Assembly (NCBI GenBank): GCA_017302015.1
Contig: JAFLEE010000014.1
Coordinates: 5,097 to 69,096, forward strand
DNA: 64,000 nt
Reading direction: 5' to 3'
Origin: Spirochaetota bacterium
GTDB lineage: Bacteria; Spirochaetota; UBA12135; COTS27; JAFLEE01
The position numbers and the translations under genes are program-made. Position 1 is the first letter of the stretch; each line of letters begins with the position of its first letter. Below the pieces are notes generated by a model, which did no database searches, was not told the DNA's origin, and worked only from the letters and a program-made list of their open reading frames with translations. This document shows, in pieces, positions 48,915 through 63,201 of the stretch.

Positions 48915-50261
48915 ATGGGAGGCCCCATGAAGCCACGAAACATCCTCCGCGACGCCGACGCCCTCTCGCGCCGGGAAATCCTCCGGCTCATGGCCATCGG
49001 GGCGCTCACCGTTTCGGCCCTGCCCGCCCGGGCCGAAAAGACCCCCTCGGGCAAGGGCACCGCCCGCTCCGTCATCCAGATCTGGCTCTCGGGCGGCCCG
49101 ACGCACCTGGACACCTTCGACCCGAAGCCCGAGGCGGGGACCGAATACATGGGCCCGCTGCGGGCGATCCCCACCAATGTCGACGGGGTGCAGATCGGCG
49201 AACTCCTGCCCCTCCTCGCCAAGCAGGCCGACAAGTACAGCTTGCTGCGGGGGATGACTCACGGCAATAACGGCCACGAGACCGCGGCCTACATGGTCCA
49301 GACCGGTTGGACGCCCGGGGGAACCCTCGTGCACCCCTGCCTGAGCGCGGTGCTCACCCAGCGCCTCATCGCGGCGGGAAGTTATAAGGGGCTCATCCCC
49401 CCCTATCTCGTCCTCACCCAACCCCAGGGCCGTTTCTCCGAAGCCGGCTTCCTCGGGCAGCGGTGCAAGCCCTTCGCCACCGGCGGCGACCCGTCCCAGG
49501 CCCGCTTCACCGTGGAGGGGGTGGTCTCCAAGGACCTCACCCCCGAGCGCCAGGAGGCGCGCAAGACGCTCTTGGGCCAGGTGGACGCATTGGCCCAAGC
49601 CGGCGCGACGATGCCCGAACTCGCCCCCGCGGCCGCCAGCGAGCGCGAGGCCTGGGAACTCATCCTCGGTCCGGCGGGCAAGGTCTTCGACCTCGGCCAG
49701 GAAGCCAAGGAACTCCGCGACAAGTACGGCATGAACCCCTTCGGCCAATCGTGCCTCGCCGCGCGGCGCCTGGTGGAGAGCGGCGTGCCCTATATCACCA
49801 TCAATTTCGGCGGCTGGGACCACCACAAGCAGATCTTCCCGGCCCTGCGCCAGAAATTGCCCCAACTCGATCGGGGCGTGGCCTCCCTCCTGGAAGACCT
49901 CGCCTCCCGCGGGCTCCTCGAGAGCACGGTGGTGTGGGTGGGCGGCGAGTTCGGGCGCACGCCCAAGGTGCAGCCCGAGGCGCCATGGAACGGCGGACGC
50001 CACCATTTCGGCCAGGCGTTCAGCCATCTGGTGGCGGGCGGCGGCTTTCGCGGGGGCTCCGTCATCGGCGCCACCGACAAGACGGGCGACACGGTGAAGG
50101 ACCGCCCCATCTACCCCTGGGACCTCATCGGGAGCATCTATGAGCGCCTGGGGCTCAGCCCAGAAGCCACGGTGCCCCACCCTTCGGGCTATGCCGTGCG
50201 CGTGCTGCCGCCGATGGAGGCGAAGACGCCCACCGGGGGCCGGCTCAAGGAATTGGTATGA
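48915..50261 (+). CDS. DUF1501 family (alkaline-phosphatase-like superfamily) protein with Tat signal (alternative start 48927)
   Basis: SRREILRLMAIGALTVSALPARA twin-arginine signal. ...VIQIWLSGGPTHLDTFDPKPEAG..., ...INFGGWDHH..., ...VWVGGEFGRTPK... typical of DUF1501. Confidence 0.8.
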   Translation: MGGPMKPRNILRDADALSRREILRLMAIGALTVSALPARAEKTPSGKGTARSVIQIWLSGGPTHLDTFDPKPEAGTEYMGPLRAIPTNVDGVQIGELLPLLAKQADKYSLLRGMTHGNNGHETAAYMVQTGWTPGGTLVHPCLSAVLTQRLIAAGSYKGLIPPYLVLTQPQGRFSEAGFLGQRCKPFATGGDPSQARFTVEGVVSKDLTPERQEARKTLLGQVDALAQAGATMPELAPAAASEREAWELILGPAGKVFDLGQEAKELRDKYGMNPFGQSCLAARRLVESGVPYITINFGGWDHHKQIFPALRQKLPQLDRGVASLLEDLASRGLLESTVVWVGGEFGRTPKVQPEAPWNGGRHHFGQAFSHLVAGGGFRGGSVIGATDKTGDTVKDRPIYPWDLIGSIYERLGLSPEATVPHPSGYAVRVLPPMEAKTPTGGRLKELV

Positions 50262-52516
50262 GGCGCCGCGGGATCCTTTCTCTCGCTCTCGCCGCGGGCG
50301 TCCTCGCGGCCCAGGATCGGCCCCACGTGGGCTTCGTCTACCCGGCCGGCGCGAAGGCGGGCGAGACCATTGTCGTCGTCATCGGCGGGCAGTACCTCGA
50401 GGGCACGAGCAATTTCAATTTCACGGGCATCGACATCCCCGGGCGCGTCTACTCCTTCACCCGCGACCTCGATCCCCGCACCGTCGGCCAACTCAAGAAC
50501 CGAAAGGAGATCCTCGAGGCCCGGTTCACCAATGCCAGCGACGCCGAGCGGCCCCAGATCGAGCGCCAACTCGCCCAGGTGCTCCAGCAACTCGCCTACG
50601 AGGAGAAGATGCCGGAGGATCCGGATTACGCGCGCTACCTGCGGGCGATGCAGCCGAAGAAGCAGCCCAACGCCCAACTCACCGACCGCGTGCGCCTCGA
50701 GATCACGGTGCCCTCCAACGCGAGCCCGGGCCGGCACGAACTGCGCCTGGGGACCGCCGTGGGCATGTCGGAACCCCTGGCGTTCTGGATCGGCGATCTC
50801 CCCGAGGCGCGGGAGCGCGAGCCCAACGATTTCCCCGGCCAGGCGGTAGCGGTCTCGAACCTGCCGGCCGTGCTCTCCGGCCAGATCCTCCCGGGCGATG
50901 TAGATTCCTGGCGCATCCCGGCAAAGAAGGGGCAGACCCTGGTCTTCGCGGTCCAGGCCCGCTCCCTGGTGCCCTACCTCGCCGATGCCGTGCCCGGCTG
51001 GTTCCAGGCCGTCATCACCCTCACCGACGCCCGCGGGAAGGAAGTAGGCTACGCCGACCGCTTCCGCAATAACCCCGAACCGGTCCTCGTCGTCAAGATC
51101 CCCGCCGAAGGGGATTATGTCCTCCAGATCCGCGACTCCATCTACCGAGGCAGGGAAGATTTCGTCTACCGCATCAGCGCCGGCGAACTCCCCTTCGTCA
51201 CCGGCATCTTCCCCATGGGCGGCGCCGCCCGGGGGCGCACGGCGGTGGAACTCACGGGCGTGAACCTGCCCCAGCCCCGGGCCGTCATCGACCTCGCGGC
51301 CAACGAACTCGGGCCCGTCATCCTCACCAATTTCTCCGCGCTCCTCCCCAACCCGATCCTCTTCCACGCCGAGGCGCTTCCGGAATGCGCGGCGTCCCGG
51401 GGCAACCTGGCCCCGGCCTCCGCCCAGGCCCTCGCGCTGCCCGTCATCGTCAACGGGCGCGTGGAACAGCCGGGGAAACCCGTCTATTTCAAGTTCCAGG
51501 GGAAGGCGGGGGAGGAGCTCATCGCCGAAACCTACGCCCGCCGTTTGGGCTCGCCCATGGATACGGCCCTGAAACTCATGGATCCCAATGGCCGCGTCCT
51601 CGCCACCAATGACGACTGGAGCGACCCCATGGCGGGGCTCCAGACCCATTACGCCGACTCGTTCCTGCGCTGCAAGCTCCCGCTCGACGGGGAGTACCTC
51701 CTCGCCCTGCGCGACGTGCAGGACCACGCCGGCGAGGCCTTCGCCTATCGCCTGCGCCTTAGCCCGCCGCGCCCCGATTACCGGTTGCGCTTGGCGCCGT
51801 CGAGCGTGAAGGTGCGCCGGGGGAATACCGTCGCCCTCGATGTCCTCCTCTCGCGCATCGACGATTTCGCCGGGCCCGTGACGCTCTTCCTCTCCAACGC
51901 CCCCGCGGGGTTCGTCCTGGGCGGGGCGGAGCTCCGTTCCCGGGAACGCAACCAGCGCATCACGCTCAGCGCCCCGCTGAACCCCCAGACGAACCTGCTG
52001 AACCTCGACGTCTGGGGCGCGGCCGTCCTCGACGGGAAGCCCGTGGTGCGCCGGGCCCTCCCCGCGGAGGACATGATGCAGGCCTTCGCCTACCGCCATT
52101 TCGTGCCGTCGGAAGAGTTCATCGTCGCCCTGGCCCCCCGGGCCCCGGCCTTCCTCGCGGTGGACCAGGAGCCGGGGCAGACCGCCCGCCTCATCCCGGG
52201 TTCCAATCTGTCACTGGGGATCCGGTTCCCGGGAACGCCGGCCGGGAGGAGATTCCCCGTGGTGAACCTGAACTTCGAACTCGACCAGCCGCCGCCGGGC
52301 ATCAGCGTGGCCCAGGTGGTCCAGGGCGACCCTACCAACGCGCCCCGACTCGTGCTGAAGGCCGACCCCTACAGCGCCAAGCCCGGGCAATGCGGCAATC
52401 TGATCGTGAAGGCCTTCACGGTTCCCCGGCCCTCCACCAACACCAATGCGCGGCCCGGGAATCCGTCGCTCCTGGGGGTGCTGCCCGCCGTGTCCTTCGA
52501 GGTGGTGGCGCCATGA
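50258..52516 (+). CDS. 752-aa secreted hypothetical protein with pre-peptidase-C-terminal (PPC)-like beta-sandwich repeats
   Basis: ATG 50258 overlaps the upstream stop (ATGA). Signal MRRRGILSLALAAGVLAAQD. Repeated ...REPNDFPGQAVAVSNLPAVLSGQILPGDVDSWRIPAKKGQTLVFAV... / ...LPVIVNGRVEQPGKPVYFKFQGKAGEELIAE... modules. Confidence 0.7.
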   Translation: MRRRGILSLALAAGVLAAQDRPHVGFVYPAGAKAGETIVVVIGGQYLEGTSNFNFTGIDIPGRVYSFTRDLDPRTVGQLKNRKEILEARFTNASDAERPQIERQLAQVLQQLAYEEKMPEDPDYARYLRAMQPKKQPNAQLTDRVRLEITVPSNASPGRHELRLGTAVGMSEPLAFWIGDLPEAREREPNDFPGQAVAVSNLPAVLSGQILPGDVDSWRIPAKKGQTLVFAVQARSLVPYLADAVPGWFQAVITLTDARGKEVGYADRFRNNPEPVLVVKIPAEGDYVLQIRDSIYRGREDFVYRISAGELPFVTGIFPMGGAARGRTAVELTGVNLPQPRAVIDLAANELGPVILTNFSALLPNPILFHAEALPECAASRGNLAPASAQALALPVIVNGRVEQPGKPVYFKFQGKAGEELIAETYARRLGSPMDTALKLMDPNGRVLATNDDWSDPMAGLQTHYADSFLRCKLPLDGEYLLALRDVQDHAGEAFAYRLRLSPPRPDYRLRLAPSSVKVRRGNTVALDVLLSRIDDFAGPVTLFLSNAPAGFVLGGAELRSRERNQRITLSAPLNPQTNLLNLDVWGAAVLDGKPVVRRALPAEDMMQAFAYRHFVPSEEFIVALAPRAPAFLAVDQEPGQTARLIPGSNLSLGIRFPGTPAGRRFPVVNLNFELDQPPPGISVAQVVQGDPTNAPRLVLKADPYSAKPGQCGNLIVKAFTVPRPSTNTNARPGNPSLLGVLPAVSFEVVAP

Positions 52517-53013
52517 GCGGCGCCGTGACCGGGCGAATCGGCGCCCGAACAGCCGGGTGGATCCTGGGACTCGCCCTCGCCTGCGGCGCGCTCCTGGCCG
52601 ATCCTCCCTCGATCTACGACCCGATGGCCGATGCCGGGGCGGCGGTGAAGGCCGCCCTCGAAGGGGCCGCCGCCACCCGCGTGCGGGTGATGGTCGTCTT
52701 CGGGGCCGATTGGTGCGGGGATTGCCGGGCCCTCGACGCGGCCCTAAAGAGCGCGGATAACGCCCCGCTCGTCGAGAAACACTTTAAGGTGGTGAAGGTC
52801 AACGTCGGAAAATTCGACAAGAACCTTGAACTCGCGGCGTCCTACGGGCTTCCCTTGAAGCGCGGCATTCCCGGCTTGGTCTTGCTCACCCAGGCGGGAA
52901 AAGTCGCCTACGTCACCAAGTCCGGAGAACTCGCCAGCGCCAGGAAAATGGGAGCCGAGGGGATCCACGAGTTCCTCGTGAAACTCGCCCAGCGCCCCGA
53001 CGAAGCGCCCTGA
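52513..53013 (+). CDS. thioredoxin-fold protein (CxxC: WCGDC), secreted
   Basis: ATG 52513 overlaps the upstream stop (ATGA). Signal MSGAVTGRIGARTAGWILGLALACGALLA. RVMVVFGADWCGDCRALD thioredoxin motif. Confidence 0.75.
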   Translation: MSGAVTGRIGARTAGWILGLALACGALLADPPSIYDPMADAGAAVKAALEGAAATRVRVMVVFGADWCGDCRALDAALKSADNAPLVEKHFKVVKVNVGKFDKNLELAASYGLPLKRGIPGLVLLTQAGKVAYVTKSGELASARKMGAEGIHEFLVKLAQRPDEAP

Positions 53014-53025
53014 GGGGAAAGCCGG

Positions 53026-53043
53026 GCGCCCGAATCGGGCCGC
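53026..53043. terminator. weak GC hairpin (gcccg-aat-cgggc) in the 33-nt gap between convergent genes; candidate bidirectional terminator
   Basis: Read from the sequence: a 5-bp GC stem with a 3-nt loop, followed on + by ttattt. Weak. Confidence 0.25.
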
Positions 53044-53046
53044 GAC

Positions 53047-53517
53047 TTATTTCCCGAAATGCCAGCGGGCCCCGATGGCCAGGGCGTGGTCGAATCCGAG
53101 TGTTCTGATGATTTGCACCCCCGGGGCCCATTCGAGGTAGACCTCGATCTGGGAAACGGGGAACCACTGGAGCGCGAGGGGCACGCGGGCGCCGAGGTTG
53201 AAGCCGCCCCCGAGGCCGATGCCGGCGCCCACGCCGATATAGTACCAGAAGGGCGTCTGGGTGATCTGGCCGCGCCAGAAGAGCCAATCCACCGAGGCGC
53301 CGAAATAATTGGCGAAGCTCCAGTGCAGGTTCACCTGGAAGGGGTGGTTCTTATGCCCGACGAGGCCGGTGAGGCCGAGGCCGTCGGTATAGAGGCTGAA
53401 GAAGGAGTAATTGAGGCCGATGGCGCCGAGCACCGTGCTTCCCTGGGCGGGAGCTTTCGCGAGGGCCGGGACGCTGAGGGCGCCGGCGAGCAGGAGGAGG
53501 ACGAGGGTTTTCTTCAT
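53047..53517 (-). CDS. small outer-membrane beta-barrel protein (OmpW/porin-like)
   Basis: 156 aa. Signal MKKTLVLLLLAGALSVPALA. Alternating aromatic/Gly-rich beta-strands, C-terminal ...ARWHFGK (terminal aromatic-x-x). Confidence 0.7.
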   Translation of the reverse strand: MKKTLVLLLLAGALSVPALAKAPAQGSTVLGAIGLNYSFFSLYTDGLGLTGLVGHKNHPFQVNLHWSFANYFGASVDWLFWRGQITQTPFWYYIGVGAGIGLGGGFNLGARVPLALQWFPVSQIEVYLEWAPGVQIIRTLGFDHALAIGARWHFGK

Positions 53518-53581
53518 GGTCGATCCTTGGGATGGAGGGCGATCTATTTTATTTTCAGGGATCGTTCCGGGTCAATCGGGC

Positions 53582-58300
<4,719 letters not shown>

Positions 58301-58410
58301 TATACCCCGTGCGTCGTATTAATTCAAACGGCGGACGCCGTCGCTCCGAACCTCGGGTTCCGCCTCCGGGTCCCCGCGCCCGTCGGGGATCCGGTTGAAT
58401 GCCAGGCGAG

Positions 58411-59244
58411 CTAGGCCCCGAGGCGTCGAACGTCGATCTTCCGTTCCAGGGTCCCGTCGAGGCGGCGGAGGTCGTGGTCGATGGTGGCCACCGTGCACCC
58501 TTCGCCGACAAGATCCACCACGCGGCTATGGCGCTTCCCATCCCTATTCTGGCCCGGATGGAGCGTGCCGCAATGCACGAAATGGGCCCCCAGGGCTCGG
58601 GAGATCGCATCGGGATACTGGTGTCCGAGGTGGGTATGGCCCGAGAACCACAGGCGAACGCCGGGATGGCTCAAGAGGATATGGGCGATCCTCCCCGGCT
58701 CGTAATTCTGGTTCACGTAGGCGTTCCCGCCACGCAGGTGGAGTTCCGGGAGGATGCGGAGCCCGGATCCCAGGGGGGAGGCGTGGCAGACGACGAAGAC
58801 CGGCGCCGAGGCCCGGGCGAGGGTCTCCTCGAACCAGGCGAGTTGGGCCGGCGAGAGGTAGACCTCGTGGCGTTGCACGGTGTGGTCGCGGAAGCGTTCG
58901 TTGCACAGGAAGACCCCCTTCCAGGCGCCGAAATCTCGCGCGTACCAGGGGGTCTGCCGACCGAACACCGAAAGGAAATCATCGAGATTCTCCCGGTCGG
59001 TGGAGAACTCGGCCCCCTCGAAATCGTGGTTCCCTGCGACGGCGTGCACGGGGACCCCCAGGCCATCGAGGAGCGCCTTGGCTTCGCGCAGGGCCTTCCC
59101 GCCGCCCACCCCGCTTCCGCCCGTGAGATCGCCGACGGACAGGATGAAATCGGGGGCCAGTGCCCGCAGGTCGGCGAAGGCCTCGCGCACGGCCGCTTCG
59201 CAGCGGCCATCCCAATGGAGGTCGCCGAGGACGACGAACCTCAT
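58411..59244 (-). CDS. calcineurin-like metallophosphoesterase
   Basis: MRFVVLGDLHWD...SVGDLTGG...AVAGNHDFE...SGHTHLGHQ motifs (GDxH / GDxxD / GNH[DE] / GH). Confidence 0.85.
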   Translation of the reverse strand: MRFVVLGDLHWDGRCEAAVREAFADLRALAPDFILSVGDLTGGSGVGGGKALREAKALLDGLGVPVHAVAGNHDFEGAEFSTDRENLDDFLSVFGRQTPWYARDFGAWKGVFLCNERFRDHTVQRHEVYLSPAQLAWFEETLARASAPVFVVCHASPLGSGLRILPELHLRGGNAYVNQNYEPGRIAHILLSHPGVRLWFSGHTHLGHQYPDAISRALGAHFVHCGTLHPGQNRDGKRHSRVVDLVGEGCTVATIDHDLRRLDGTLERKIDVRRLGA

Positions 59245-60011
59245 CGAACCGAGGAGAGCTCGACGCGGTCGCCGGGCCGCGGGGCGAAGGCCTGGGCAAA
59301 GATCGGCTGGGCCTGGGCCAGGCGGGCCGCCCGTTGGGAGAGCGGGAAATGGATGAGCGCCAGGCGGCCGACCGCGGCGTCCCGGGCCAGGCTCGCCGCT
59401 TCCCGGGCGGTGCTATGGCCGCGCTGGGGGTCATCGGCGGCGAAATCGGCGGGGTGCGACGCCTCGTGGACGAGGAGGCGGCTGCCCCGGGCGAAGTCGG
59501 CGAGCGGCGCATGGGGGGCGCTATCGCCGCAGAGGGTGAGCAGCCGCGCCCCATCCTCCTCGAAGCGGTAGGCGAGGCTCGCCACGGCGTGCCGGAGGCC
59601 GAGCACGCGCACCTGGTAGCCCGGGAGGCTTACGGCGTCGCCCGAATCCAGGGGGAAGTACTTCAGTTTGGGGACCACCGTCGGCGTGCGCGCCGCGCCG
59701 AGGAACGCCAGGACGGCTTCCATCTTCTCGTCGAACCCGGCCCGCGGCGCGAAGATCTCGAGGACGTTATCGGGCCCCGGGCGGCCGTGGCCCAGGCCGA
59801 AGAGCAGGCCGGCCAAGCCGATAAAATGGTCGTGGTGCCAATGGGTGAGGAAGATCCGCCGGATGGCCCGGGCATCGGCGCCCGCCTCGTGCAGGCTGCG
59901 GTAGGCGCCGAGGCCGGTGTCGACGATGGTGTGGTCGTCGACGAGGTAACTGGCGGTATCGTTACCCGCGACGGGGAGGACCGAATCGGTGCCGAGGAAA
60001 GTCAGGCGCAT
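59241..60011 (-). CDS. MBL-fold metallo-hydrolase (beta-lactamase-like; HxHxDH)
   Basis: LTHWHHDHFIGLAGLL motif. 256 aa. ATG overlaps the downstream gene's stop region (ATGA at 59241-59244). Confidence 0.85.
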   Translation of the reverse strand: MRLTFLGTDSVLPVAGNDTASYLVDDHTIVDTGLGAYRSLHEAGADARAIRRIFLTHWHHDHFIGLAGLLFGLGHGRPGPDNVLEIFAPRAGFDEKMEAVLAFLGAARTPTVVPKLKYFPLDSGDAVSLPGYQVRVLGLRHAVASLAYRFEEDGARLLTLCGDSAPHAPLADFARGSRLLVHEASHPADFAADDPQRGHSTAREAASLARDAAVGRLALIHFPLSQRAARLAQAQPIFAQAFAPRPGDRVELSSVR

Positions 60012-60035
60012 CGGTTTCGCCCCGTCGCGCCCGCG

Positions 60036-60908
60036 TCAGGCCAGGTCGTGGAGTCGCTTCAGGTTATCGCGCCCGATGCGGATGCCCGTAAGCACATCTT
60101 CCATCCCCTCGAACTCGATGGAGAGCACCCCGTCGTACTTGGCGCCCTTGAGGAGGCGGATACATTGGAGCACGGGGATGTCGCCCTGGCCGATGATGGC
60201 GCCCCGCAGGAAATTGCCCCCGCGGCTCTGGAACCAGCCCTCCCCCGGCACCGGGAGCATGCCGCTGCGGATGTGGAAATCTTTGGCGTGGGCGTGGAAC
60301 GCGTAGCGCAGAAGCCGGCCGACGGCGAGGCCCGAGGGCTCATCGACGCAGGCGAAATTGCCCATGTCGATGAGCACGCCGAAATTGGGGTGGTCGACGG
60401 CGCAGACGAGCTTCTCGACGCGCTCGCTATCCTGGCAGAAGCGGCCGTGGTTCTCGACCATGGTCTTGATCTTCTTGGCGGCGGCGTACTCGGTCACGGC
60501 GCGGCAGCCCTCGGCCAGGCGGGGCACGGCGGCCTCGAAGCTCTTGGCGCCCGCGTGGTTCTCGGGCCAGCCGCCCGTGGCGTCGTGGCGCATGCCGGGC
60601 ACGCCGAGGATCTCGGCGACGTCGACCTCGCGCTTCACCCGCTCGATCTCGGCCTTGAGGTCGCCGGCGGACCCGCCGAGGAAATCGGCGCCGATGGTGT
60701 AATTGGCGATGGGCAGGCCGCAGCGCTCGGCCTCTTTGCGGAGTTCGGCGGCGAAGGCGGGGAGGGTCTTGCCTTCCGGCACCGCGATCGTGCTGAACTC
60801 GATGACGTCGAAGCCCTGCTCCTTCGCCTTGGCGATGACTTCGATCTGCTTGAGGGCCCCGCTCTTGACGAGGCGGGAATAACTGTAGGAACTGACGCCG
60901 ATCTTCAT
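60036..60908 (-). CDS. sugar phosphate isomerase/epimerase (xylose isomerase-like TIM barrel)
   Basis: Start MKIGVSSYSYSRL at 60908. ...FDVIEF..., ...MVENHG..., ...FGVLIDMGNF..., ...HAHAKDF... motifs. Confidence 0.8.
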   Translation of the reverse strand: MKIGVSSYSYSRLVKSGALKQIEVIAKAKEQGFDVIEFSTIAVPEGKTLPAFAAELRKEAERCGLPIANYTIGADFLGGSAGDLKAEIERVKREVDVAEILGVPGMRHDATGGWPENHAGAKSFEAAVPRLAEGCRAVTEYAAAKKIKTMVENHGRFCQDSERVEKLVCAVDHPNFGVLIDMGNFACVDEPSGLAVGRLLRYAFHAHAKDFHIRSGMLPVPGEGWFQSRGGNFLRGAIIGQGDIPVLQCIRLLKGAKYDGVLSIEFEGMEDVLTGIRIGRDNLKRLHDLA

Positions 60909-60955
60909 GGGAACTCCGTGGATGGGGGATTTTTGGGGGATGGGGTTGGGTTGAC

Positions 60956-61996
60956 TCATGCCGGCCGGGGCGCTTGGGCCCGGGCCGCATGATCCACGGC
61001 GACGAAGCCGCGGGATTCGGAAGAAAGGGCGATGGCCTCGCACAGCGCCAGCGCGCGGCGCCCGTACTCGCCCGGGGTCGGCGAGGGGGCCTCGCCGCGG
61101 ATGGCGGCGACGAAAGAGGCGTAGCTACTGAACCCGTCATCCACCGGCGTGTCGATGCGGGTCTCGGGCTTGGGGACGCCGGGCTTGATCACTTCGATGC
61201 CCGCCGCGGCGAAGCCGGTGCGCAGGGTGCCGGCGCTGCCGTAGATCTCGAGGAGGCCCGCCCCCGCGGGGAAGGTCCAACTGAGTTCGAGCACGCCCGT
61301 CGCGCCGTTTTGGAAGCGGAAGAGCGCCGTGACGTTGTCGGGAACGTCGATCTCGGGGCGCCGGGTGTCGACGATGGCGGAAACGCGGTCGACCTCGCCC
61401 ACGATGTGGCGCATGATGTCGGCCATATGGATTCCGATATCCAGGAGCACGCCGCCCTGCGCCTGCTTGGAGACGAACCAGGTGGCCCCGGGCGACCAGC
61501 CCACGTCCGGCGAGGAGCCGCCGGAACGCATGCAGCGGATATGGTGCACGGTGCCGATCTCGCCCTGGGCCACCAGGTCGGCCAGGCGGCGGTAGACCGG
61601 AGCATAGCGGCAACTCTGGTTGATCTGGAGCACCCGCCCCGCCCGCTTCGAGGCCGCGACCATCTCGTCGGCTTCCCGGAGCGTGGCGGCCATGGGCTTC
61701 TCGCAGAGCACGTGCAGGCCGGCGCCTAAGGCCGCGAGGGTCATGGGATGGTGGAGAAAATTCGGCGTGCAGAGGGTCACCGCATCCACCTCGCCCGAGC
61801 GGATGAGGGCCTCGAAATCATTGAAGATCCGCGCCTCGGGAACCTTGGAGGCGCGCAACGCCTCGGCGCGGCTGGCGTCTGTGTCGAAAAGCGCCGTGAT
61901 ACGGGCATTGGGCGATTTCAGAAAGCCGGGGATCTGGCTTGAAGTCGCGATTTTGCCGCATCCGGCGATACCGATGCGAACGGGCTTTGCGGTCAT
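60956..61996 (-). CDS. Gfo/Idh/MocA family NAD(P)-dependent oxidoreductase
   Basis: VRIGIAGCGKIATSSQIPGF Rossmann motif. ...DAVTLCTPNFLHHPMTLAALGAGLHVLCEKPMA... GGAGG RBS before ATG 61996. Confidence 0.85.
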   Translation of the reverse strand: MTAKPVRIGIAGCGKIATSSQIPGFLKSPNARITALFDTDASRAEALRASKVPEARIFNDFEALIRSGEVDAVTLCTPNFLHHPMTLAALGAGLHVLCEKPMAATLREADEMVAASKRAGRVLQINQSCRYAPVYRRLADLVAQGEIGTVHHIRCMRSGGSSPDVGWSPGATWFVSKQAQGGVLLDIGIHMADIMRHIVGEVDRVSAIVDTRRPEIDVPDNVTALFRFQNGATGVLELSWTFPAGAGLLEIYGSAGTLRTGFAAAGIEVIKPGVPKPETRIDTPVDDGFSSYASFVAAIRGEAPSPTPGEYGRRALALCEAIALSSESRGFVAVDHAARAQAPRPA

Positions 61997-62226
61997 CGAG
62001 GGCCTCCTTCTATTATAGAAGAATCGAACTTGGAGGCCTGTGTCGGACGGTTTCCAGGAAATGACGAAAAAGCCTAGCGCGAATGGACTGGGAAAAATCG
62101 GAGGAAAACCATGGGAGACACAGGCACCATCGGGAGAAGCATAGTCCGCCTGGGTTCTGATTTCTCTCCAAAGGGGTGCAAAAAAGCATACTAGATTGAT
62201 CTGGGTTTAGCGGTTATACTTTCTCC

Positions 62227-63120
62227 GTGACGGCGGAAAAAGTAGAAAACCTCGTTTTTTCGGGGTTGGGCCTCTTCCGAAGCCGCGCGGGAGCGGTTCA
62301 CCGGGAGGGGTTCTTCCCCGATCACCGGCACGACGCCGTCGAGATCCTCATGCCCCAGGGGCTCCAAGGACAGGCCTATACCCCCACGGAGCGCCTGCCG
62401 TTTAAGGATGGCTACGCCCTGGTCATCCCCGCGAACTTGGTCCACGCGACATGGACCGTGCCCGTGGGGAGGGAAAGCGGCTTACGCTTCATCCAACTGA
62501 GCGCCGCGCGGCTTTTGGCGATGGCGCGGCAGTTCTCACCTGATATCCTCAACGACAAAGACCTAGGTTGGCTGCTCCATGGGAACTCGGCCCTCGACTT
62601 GAACCTCGACCTCATCCGCACCGAAGTCGAGGCCCTGTTCGCCCTCGGCACCCCCCAGGGACGGGGGGCCGCGGGTACGCTATTCGCCGCGTTCTCCCTG
62701 GTCCATCGCCTACTGGACGCGGCCCGTGAACGAGCGGGGATCGCGGGGGGAAAGGCCCCCGCCCTCCGCAGCGCCCAGACGGAAGAGATCATCGCCTTCC
62801 TCGAGCGCAACCACGCCGAGCCGCTCCAACTTTCCGTGCTGGCCCAGCGTTTCGGCTGCTCGCCCCACCACCTTTGCCGCCAATTCAAGCGGCGCACGGG
62901 GAAAACCCTGGGCGATTACCTGCGCTACCTGCGGGTCTCCCGCGCCATGAACCTGATCATGGACGGCGCGGAGCGCATGGGCGACGTCGGCCACGCCGTG
63001 GGCTTCAACGACTTGAACCATTTCGCCCGTTGCTTCCGGGCCGTCACCGGGGAAACCCCGAAGCGCTTCCAGAAGCGCGCCGCCTCGGGGGCGCGGGGCC
63101 CGGCCCCTTCGGTGGGTTGA
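62227..63120 (+). CDS. AraC family transcriptional regulator (GTG start)
   Basis: C-terminal HTH ...LSVLAQRFGCSPHHLCRQFKRRTGKTLGDYLRYLRVSRAMNLI...VGHAVGFNDLNHFARCFRAVTGETPKRFQ. Confidence 0.8.
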   Translation: MTAEKVENLVFSGLGLFRSRAGAVHREGFFPDHRHDAVEILMPQGLQGQAYTPTERLPFKDGYALVIPANLVHATWTVPVGRESGLRFIQLSAARLLAMARQFSPDILNDKDLGWLLHGNSALDLNLDLIRTEVEALFALGTPQGRGAAGTLFAAFSLVHRLLDAARERAGIAGGKAPALRSAQTEEIIAFLERNHAEPLQLSVLAQRFGCSPHHLCRQFKRRTGKTLGDYLRYLRVSRAMNLIMDGAERMGDVGHAVGFNDLNHFARCFRAVTGETPKRFQKRAASGARGPAPSVG

Positions 63121-63201
63121 AATTTAGGCCGTCCGCCGTTACAGTAGGGGCTCCTCCCCCGCGGCCCCGCGCCGCAATCCCCCCGACCCGCAGGAGCCCC
63201 C

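Noticed and set aside
46941-52099. Long antisense ORFs (46941-50180 and 50189-52099, minus strand) spanning the DUF1549/DUF1501 operon
   Set aside because: They overlap four well-supported plus-strand genes that carry signal peptides and family motifs. Their translations are Arg/Gly-rich low complexity.
58395-59571. Plus-strand ORFs of 243-390 aa overlapping the metallophosphoesterase and MBL genes
   Set aside because: Antisense to two genes with unambiguous catalytic motifs. Arg/Gly/Pro-rich.
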